Assembly (NCBI GenBank): GCA_965235115.1
Contig: OZ249441.1
Coordinates: 18,042,001-18,106,000, forward strand
Length of the DNA stretch: 64,000 nucleotides
Origin: Laetmonice hystrix
Taxonomy: Eukaryota
Direction: 5' to 3'
Under the pieces are notes generated by a model that did no database searches, was not told the DNA's origin, and saw only the letters and a list, made by a program, of their open reading frames with translations. Below are positions 58,315 through 64,000 of this stretch, piece by piece. Made by a program: the position numbers and the translations under genes. Each line of letters begins with the position of its first letter. Position 1 is the stretch's first letter.

Positions 58315-58700
58315 ACGCCCAACGTTTATGAATATTTTATTTGAATGAAGCGATTTTGGTTTGTTCCTTTATCATGTATTGTGAGAATTACCGGTAACGG
58401 TTGAGTGCAATGTTTACTACTCTGTACGCTCTTGTGATAACATGACAAATGATGACGTCATCTAGTTGTGCAGACTTTTTTGCTCCAGTGTGGCTTCATC
58501 CAATTAAAGACACTTTCTACCACCATTTGCCTTGAGTGGTTAGCCTATTGTACTGGTGTTTCATGTAGAGTAATAGCCAAGTAGCCACAGTATAATGTCA
58601 AAATACTTGGTGTAATGTTCCAAACCTATTCATTAACGTAAATTTCTTCTTTAAGTAATGATGTGTTGGGATTCAATGGGGAACATGGTCGCCGCCTTTT

Positions 58701-58987
58701 CCGCATGGCGGCAGCACTGTGCAAGTGGTTCACGAGGCGACATTTTAGCATAGAATTAGATAGGCTGATATCTGCTTATCTGTGGCTGGTTGCCATACCG
58801 ACATTTGTTCTAAAAAGGTATGACAATTTTTAAACTTCTTTCATTCACTTTAGTCCAAATGAGTTAATATTATTTAGTAATGATAAGGTTAGGTCATCCT
58901 ACAGCACATCAGCATTTCGTCGTCCTATCTAAACTTATGCCAACGTACTGCAGCAAGGACCGCTCGCACAGTGCTGCCGCCTTGCGG
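58701..58987. mobile_element. 287-bp inverted-repeat element (MITE-like) with ~31-bp TIRs
   Basis: ccgcatggcggcagcactgtgcaagtggttc / ggaccgctcgcacagtgctgccgccttgcgg, plus weaker inner arms; no TSD seen. Confidence 0.7.
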
Positions 58988-59286
58988 ATTTGACTTAAAA
59001 TCAAATGTAAAGTCTAATGTACCCCATTGATAATTTCTCCAAATTAAATACCATATTTAATATTACCGAATTTTAAAAATCAGATAAAACTTTCTTTCAC
59101 AGCGGCACTATAATCTATTTCATTCGGCAGTTTTTATTATTTACAAGAATTAATGAAGCATCTAAGTAGTAATTATTTGCAGGAATGACTAAAGCATTTA
59201 AAATATAAGTATGTCAGTGCACTATCTCTAGCCAACATTTACCAGGAAGAAGCAAGAAAAGAATAGCACATACATAAAATAAACAG

Positions 59287-59292
59287 TTTATT
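59287..59292 (-). promoter_or_regulatory. candidate polyadenylation signal for Mdm
   Basis: tttatt on the + strand, ~2.1 kb past the Mdm stop; the nearest canonical signal I noticed. Confidence 0.3.
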
Positions 59293-59699
59293 CCGTCAAC
59301 TCGACATCATGACTGATGTGTTTGTTGTGTGTGGGTCGTACAATAAAGTCAGTAATGCGCACCACTGTATAACAGTGGCTCATTCCGACTGCCATGTACT
59401 CGACAACTTCCAAAGTTCTACTTACATATTTGTTGAGATTGAGAATACATGTTTCTTCCTATTATCCCGCAACATTTCAACAAATGAAGGGGGGAGACAA
59501 AAAAAATCTCCAGTGCGAATTGAGAGATAGCTTAGAGTACTACTACATGACAAACTGCTTTCAATTGCATCATCAACCGACCAAGCACCATAGTATGTGT
59601 CGTTACATTGTATAGACTATAGTCTATACAAGCTTGAAAGAACGTCTAGTCACAATACAAACTAATAAAAGTGCCCTGAATACGATGTCGACACCTTAT

Positions 59700-59790
59700 G
59701 CTATGCGAATGGGTGCAGTAATCTTAGGGCCTGGGTTCGATTCCTGTAGAGGACTATACAACTTTTCTCTTTAGGGACATTGTCAAAGTA
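59700..59790 (+). mobile_element. possible tRNA-derived SINE fragment (Pol III B-box only)
   Basis: GGTTCGATTCC at 59734-59744; no A-box or cloverleaf found. Confidence 0.25.
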
Positions 59791-61382
59791 ATTGGGTTAC
59801 CCCTGATGCCCGTGCATTTCAAAAGAAAAATACAGTTATAATTACCCCCCCCCCCCCCCCCGGTCACCATGTACCATGAAAGAGAATTGAGTCAGAAAAT
59901 ACCAACAATTCCAAATGTTGGAAAACATAATGAACATACTGGTTAAATATTCGCTGCCACGCAGAGGTCTCAGAGAACAACTGAACACATTGAGTCATTA
60001 CACACGGACTGTCCTTGACAAGTCAAAGTGTACGATGAACACTTCTGAAAGCACCAGATTACATAAGAACACATATATCAAAAAATATAAAACAAAATAC
60101 ACCTATCCATGCGATAACCAACAACTGATACAACCTGAAGAAATCATCTGTAAAAGTTAGGTATCTGAAGCCGTCTGCCTGCAATGTCCTACTTCACAGA
60201 CTCTAACCTGCGACAGAGGACTTTAGCTGATAAGCACTTTACGAAGGCCTGTGATAAACATTACCAATACCCATAATACCAATGACAGCAATGTGTAGGT
60301 AGTTTTAATTACTTTACGCTTCACAATGGAAAATCACCCTGCAGAAACACTTGCGGTGAACCCATCAAAAGGCTATTGTTACATTATTTTGTCAGTGGGC
60401 ACACACAATTTTCATGACGTTTGGAATTGGTCTCATTTCTTAAGATATCTAGGCCTGTATTTTGTTATGCTGAATTTCCATAACTTTCCATGACATGTAC
60501 GAACAAATCCACAATTCCTATGAAATAAGTACCGATACTTCATCTCATTTTACCTTGTTGGACCTTCTATTGTGGTTCTCTAGGCCAGTATAGACCTGAT
60601 CATGTCACTGGATACCTAACATTACCTTGTTCATGGCAGCTGATGGCAAAAGGTATCCTAGCAGCACTCATAAATGAGCCTAGAGTTTTCAGGTAATCTA
60701 TATTACCAGGGGTATTAGACTGTGAACTGTGATTTTTAGAAGTAATTTCCAGTAAACGATGAATACATCTCGAAAATGAACAAACATGCTGTAGAATAAA
60801 GTGTTTAAGTGCACATAGTTTGAAACTTTACACACAATGAACTCTACTTTTTAAAGTAAGGGCAATGAACTTTTGAAATATAAAAGTTCCCACTGGGTTC
60901 CATGCAAAATATGTTTCTTTTTCCATGCTTACGTTTCTGGTTTTCTATGATTTCATGTTTGCAGAAAAAAAAAGAAGACAGTTTATAGCTACATAGGTTG
61001 AACAAACCAGACCTTGTAGGCCCATATGGAATTCAATAACCTATTTTTTATATTTCCATACCTTTTTCACCTTTCAACATTTCTTGAACTTTCCTCCACA
61101 ATTTTTTAAAAAATACATCAGTAACCCTGAATAATGAACATTCCATCAAGGAATATAGCCCACAGTAAACAAAAGATAACAATAAATAGGCGACCCATAT
61201 GTGGAACAGCTACTATCATCAGCGGGCCAGTCAGGCTTGTACATGTGTACCTTGAAAAAGTTACCAGCCCGACAGCCAAATTGGAAAATAACAAAAAACT
61301 ATCGTATAAACAAGAAAAAAAAACATGTGGAAAGGATTTGTTTTTTTAAAATAAAAACGATGATTCTGTGTGTTGTGCTGTG

Positions 61383-61666
61383 TTATACAATGAAGTTCTT
61401 GATGATCATCTTAATGGGGCGGCGGCACACCGGACACGGTTTTCCTCGCCGTCGCAGTCGCTTGGCACACTTGTAGCAGCACATCTGGTGCCCTGTCCTA
61501 CCATGGATTATGCTTGCCTCTTTTGGCCTCGTCAAGCACAGAGAACACAGTGAACTGGTGTCACATCTTCCTTGACTCGACTTAACTGACGATTCCGACT
61601 TAATTCTCCTTAATGGAGCCGGATCCAAATTTCTCTGCTGCAATTCCTCGGAATGATGGGGTTGTC
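61383..61666 (-). CDS. MDM2: Mdm terminal exon (RING domain)
   Basis: ctttgcag|GA acceptor, phase 1; stop TAA at 61385-61383. Confidence 0.95.
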
Positions 61667-63839
61667 CTGCAAAGACACCAAACAAGAAACTATGATTTAG
61701 AAATTTACAGTGCCCCTTGATATAATTGTTATAGTCATCATTCCTTCGTTTCACAAATATACATGCTTGGTAAATGCCTTCAGAATATTTTCAGTTTAAA
61801 AAGGCAATTAAGGTAAGGCCTGAACTGGCAACCTGTAGGAAACACTACAAGTACAATTTATAAAACACTGCGTCAACTATATGCAACCAAAGGAAGTACC
61901 GGTAAGTGAAGACCTACCTGGTTTAGCCGATGTTTGGAAATTCGTGAGACAAACCCTGGTTCGTCTTTTTTCCTCCAAATTTCTTCTCGTCAACACAGTT
62001 CTGTCACTGTTGCAGTCTACAGGACATGGCTCAATGGAAGATCTAAGAGTACTACCAGGCATTTCTGTACTTAGTCTCACATCCTTGGGTCCATTGTGAG
62101 CACCAACACTGCCTTCTGACAATGAACGGGTTCTCGTTTGGTCTCCACTGGCAGCTGACTTTGCGGAACGGCTATCAGTGAGATCAGAGCAGGAGGCGGC
62201 CAAGCTACAGATGGAAGGAACCGACTCTGATGCCAGCCCGCTGTCCTGACTTCCAGCTGCACAAACAGATGTTAGCGAGTCCTGGCTCTGCAAGGCTATG
62301 GATTCCGTATCCACCCCAGAGTCAGGGTTCAAAGGTAATAGGTCCCTGTCCTCTACTTGTAGTATTGAAGTTACGACACAACTTGCCGGGCCCACGGCTG
62401 GCTTAACGGGACCATCATACTCATCCTCTCCACTCGTTACGTTAGAGAGATCAGATTCCTCATCACCTTGGTAATGTCCTGGAATGTGATGGGAGTCTGT
62501 GAGATAGCTGCCGTCAGTCGTGGCATCAACTGGAGTCACACCGAGACCTAACGGAGTGGAAGTGGCCACCTGATTCACCTCGTGTTTCAGAGAGTCACTG
62601 GCGCCTCCTTTCACTCCATTCGAGGGTTCTTTGCAAACTTCATTTTCTCCGTACTCACTGGAAGATTTATAGCTCAATCCATCTGGGACTGAACTTGACC
62701 GCCGGTACGTTCTGGTACGAGGCATCCTGCGCATCTGCCACCCTGGACGGGAACGTTTACGAGGCAGGGCACAAGGTTTTTCTGGCAGCCACCCGGGCCG
62801 TACGTGCCAGCAGAGATCACAGTTACGGTGCAGCGGTGAGTTGAAACTACTGCAGTGGTTACAGCGCCATTTATCCTGGTTGAGAACACAGGTAAAATCA
62901 AATTTTAAGCCATCCTATTGGAAAAAATCTTAATCATGCAAAGGGCGCCGAGATGTTGGGTCATCCTATTTTTATTTACTTAGTCAAATTCAGTATTACT
63001 GTGTTGAGTAGCATTTCTCCATGAAAAAGTAACTCTGTCTTGCCATACATAAGGACAACCTGACTGATCTTTACACTTCACATAGATCTACATATTCCTC
63101 TGAAGTGTCCATGTCTGAGAAGAGAGGAAACCTCAGTATAACTATATACAACTTTTAATAGCTTGAAAGACTTTGCGCTGGTGATACAGTCTACTCTATT
63201 CTATTTCACAACTTCTGCCTCCACATTATCTACTTACTGCCTCGGTGAGTTCTATGTCAGTGCTGTCGTCGGACTCACTGTCACTTGATTCAGAATCAGC
63301 CCAAAATTCCACATCACTCTCAGCATAGACAAGCACATAATTTTCCTACATAAGAAACAAGAAAACAATTTTTAAGGATTCAAGTATATTGTATAACTTC
63401 ATATTCAAATCTTTAGGATGAAAGAAAATAAAAGCTACACAGACTTTTTTCAATTTCATAGTGGTTTTGAATTTATCTCAGCCAGTGTCAAATTTCTATT
63501 CAGTGTTACACCAAAATATTTATATTCCAGGGCTTCCCTTAGACACTTAGTGTGCATATCAGCGTAAATAACCAGATGGTTTTTTCCCCATTTAGATCTT
63601 CGACGAGGTCTATAACCTCTTGCTCAGTTGTGAGTTCAAAGGGCATATCTAACCTGTTCCTCTTCTGAAGGCTCTGACTGTTCACTCTTGGAGTGGACGG
63701 AGCTCGAGTGATCTGATTCCACATCAAACTCCTCTGGGAAGGGAGGATCCGCATCAGTCTCAATGTTTATCTCCACCTCTTCCTCGTCCAAAAACCAGAT
63801 ATCATCAGAGGAACTCTTCGCATATGCCGTTTCTTTGCT
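61383..63839 (-). CDS. MDM2: Mdm2/Mdm4-family E3 ubiquitin ligase, 3' part (4 exons); the p53-binding N-terminus lies outside the window
   Basis: Acidic region, RanBP2 finger WRCNHCSSFNSPLHRNCDLCW, and C-terminal C2H2C4 RING CSLC...HGRTGH...CYKC...CPVC with a 13-residue tail. It cannot be assigned to MDM2 versus MDM4; it is probably the single invertebrate Mdm. Confidence 0.95.
61918..62875 (-). CDS. MDM2: Mdm 958-nt exon (RanBP2 zinc finger + long Ser-rich linker)
   Basis: caaccag|GAT acceptor, ccag|gtaggt donor, open frame throughout. Confidence 0.92.
63238..63345 (-). CDS. MDM2: Mdm acidic-domain exon (ENYVLVYAESDVEFWADSESSDSESDDSTDIELTEA)
   Basis: tatgtag|GAA acceptor, gca|gtaagt donor, 108 nt; joins to DKWRC (compare human ...LADYWKC). 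Confidence 0.9.
63654..63839 (-). CDS. MDM2: Mdm acidic-domain exon (SKETAYAKSSSDDIWFLDEEEV...EEFDVESDH...EEEQ)
   Basis: ccttacag|AGC acceptor, cag|gttaga donor; EFDVES resembles human EFEVES. The frame stays open ~45 nt further upstream, so the acceptor is less certain. Confidence 0.85.
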
Positions 63840-64000
63840 CTGTAAGGAGTGAAAGACATGTCGTGTAATTGTAGTCAGCCCATTCTAAGGCTGCAAGGTA
63901 GGATACTATGCTGTGATTCTGGAGTGGCATACATGATAAATATGCCTTCGATTCTGTGGGTCAGGAGCACAAAATTTCAGTTTAACACATAAATGTGTGT

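Noticed and set aside
59700-59790. tRNA gene
   Set aside because: Only a B-box; no acceptor stem, D-arm or anticodon arm.

Overview
This is eukaryotic (metazoan, probably marine-invertebrate) genomic DNA with spliced genes, minisatellites, small DNA transposons and two ~300-bp N gaps. I found no rRNA, tRNA or CRISPR array. Three protein-coding units are supportable. (1) A minus-strand multi-exon transcription-factor gene at ~29.5-49.6 kb, which I assembled by hand into 17 phase-consistent exons (~969 aa if the last exon is right). It has a Gln/hydrophobic N-terminus, 3 AT-hooks, an acidic tract and 9 zinc fingers (8 C2H2 + 1 C2HC), and one intron uses a GC donor. (2) A divergent, intronless plus-strand 323-aa ORF of unknown function at 54718-55689. 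(3) The last four exons of a minus-strand Mdm2/Mdm4 orthologue at 61383-63839 (acidic region, RanBP2 zinc finger, C2H2C4 RING), running off the right edge. The left ~29 kb has no clearly recognisable gene. The most unusual observations are: a ~44-copy 43-bp array made from the zinc-finger gene's own intron/exon junction, with an acceptor and a donor 7 nt apart in each unit; a 15-copy ~100-bp intronic array with a CTCF-consensus site per unit; an indel-free 45-bp array forming a 418-codon ORF; beta-TrCP-type degrons in an expanded Mdm linker; and CAGG-terminated transposons with 5- and 6-bp target duplications. All calls are by eye, with no database searches; copy numbers are approximate.
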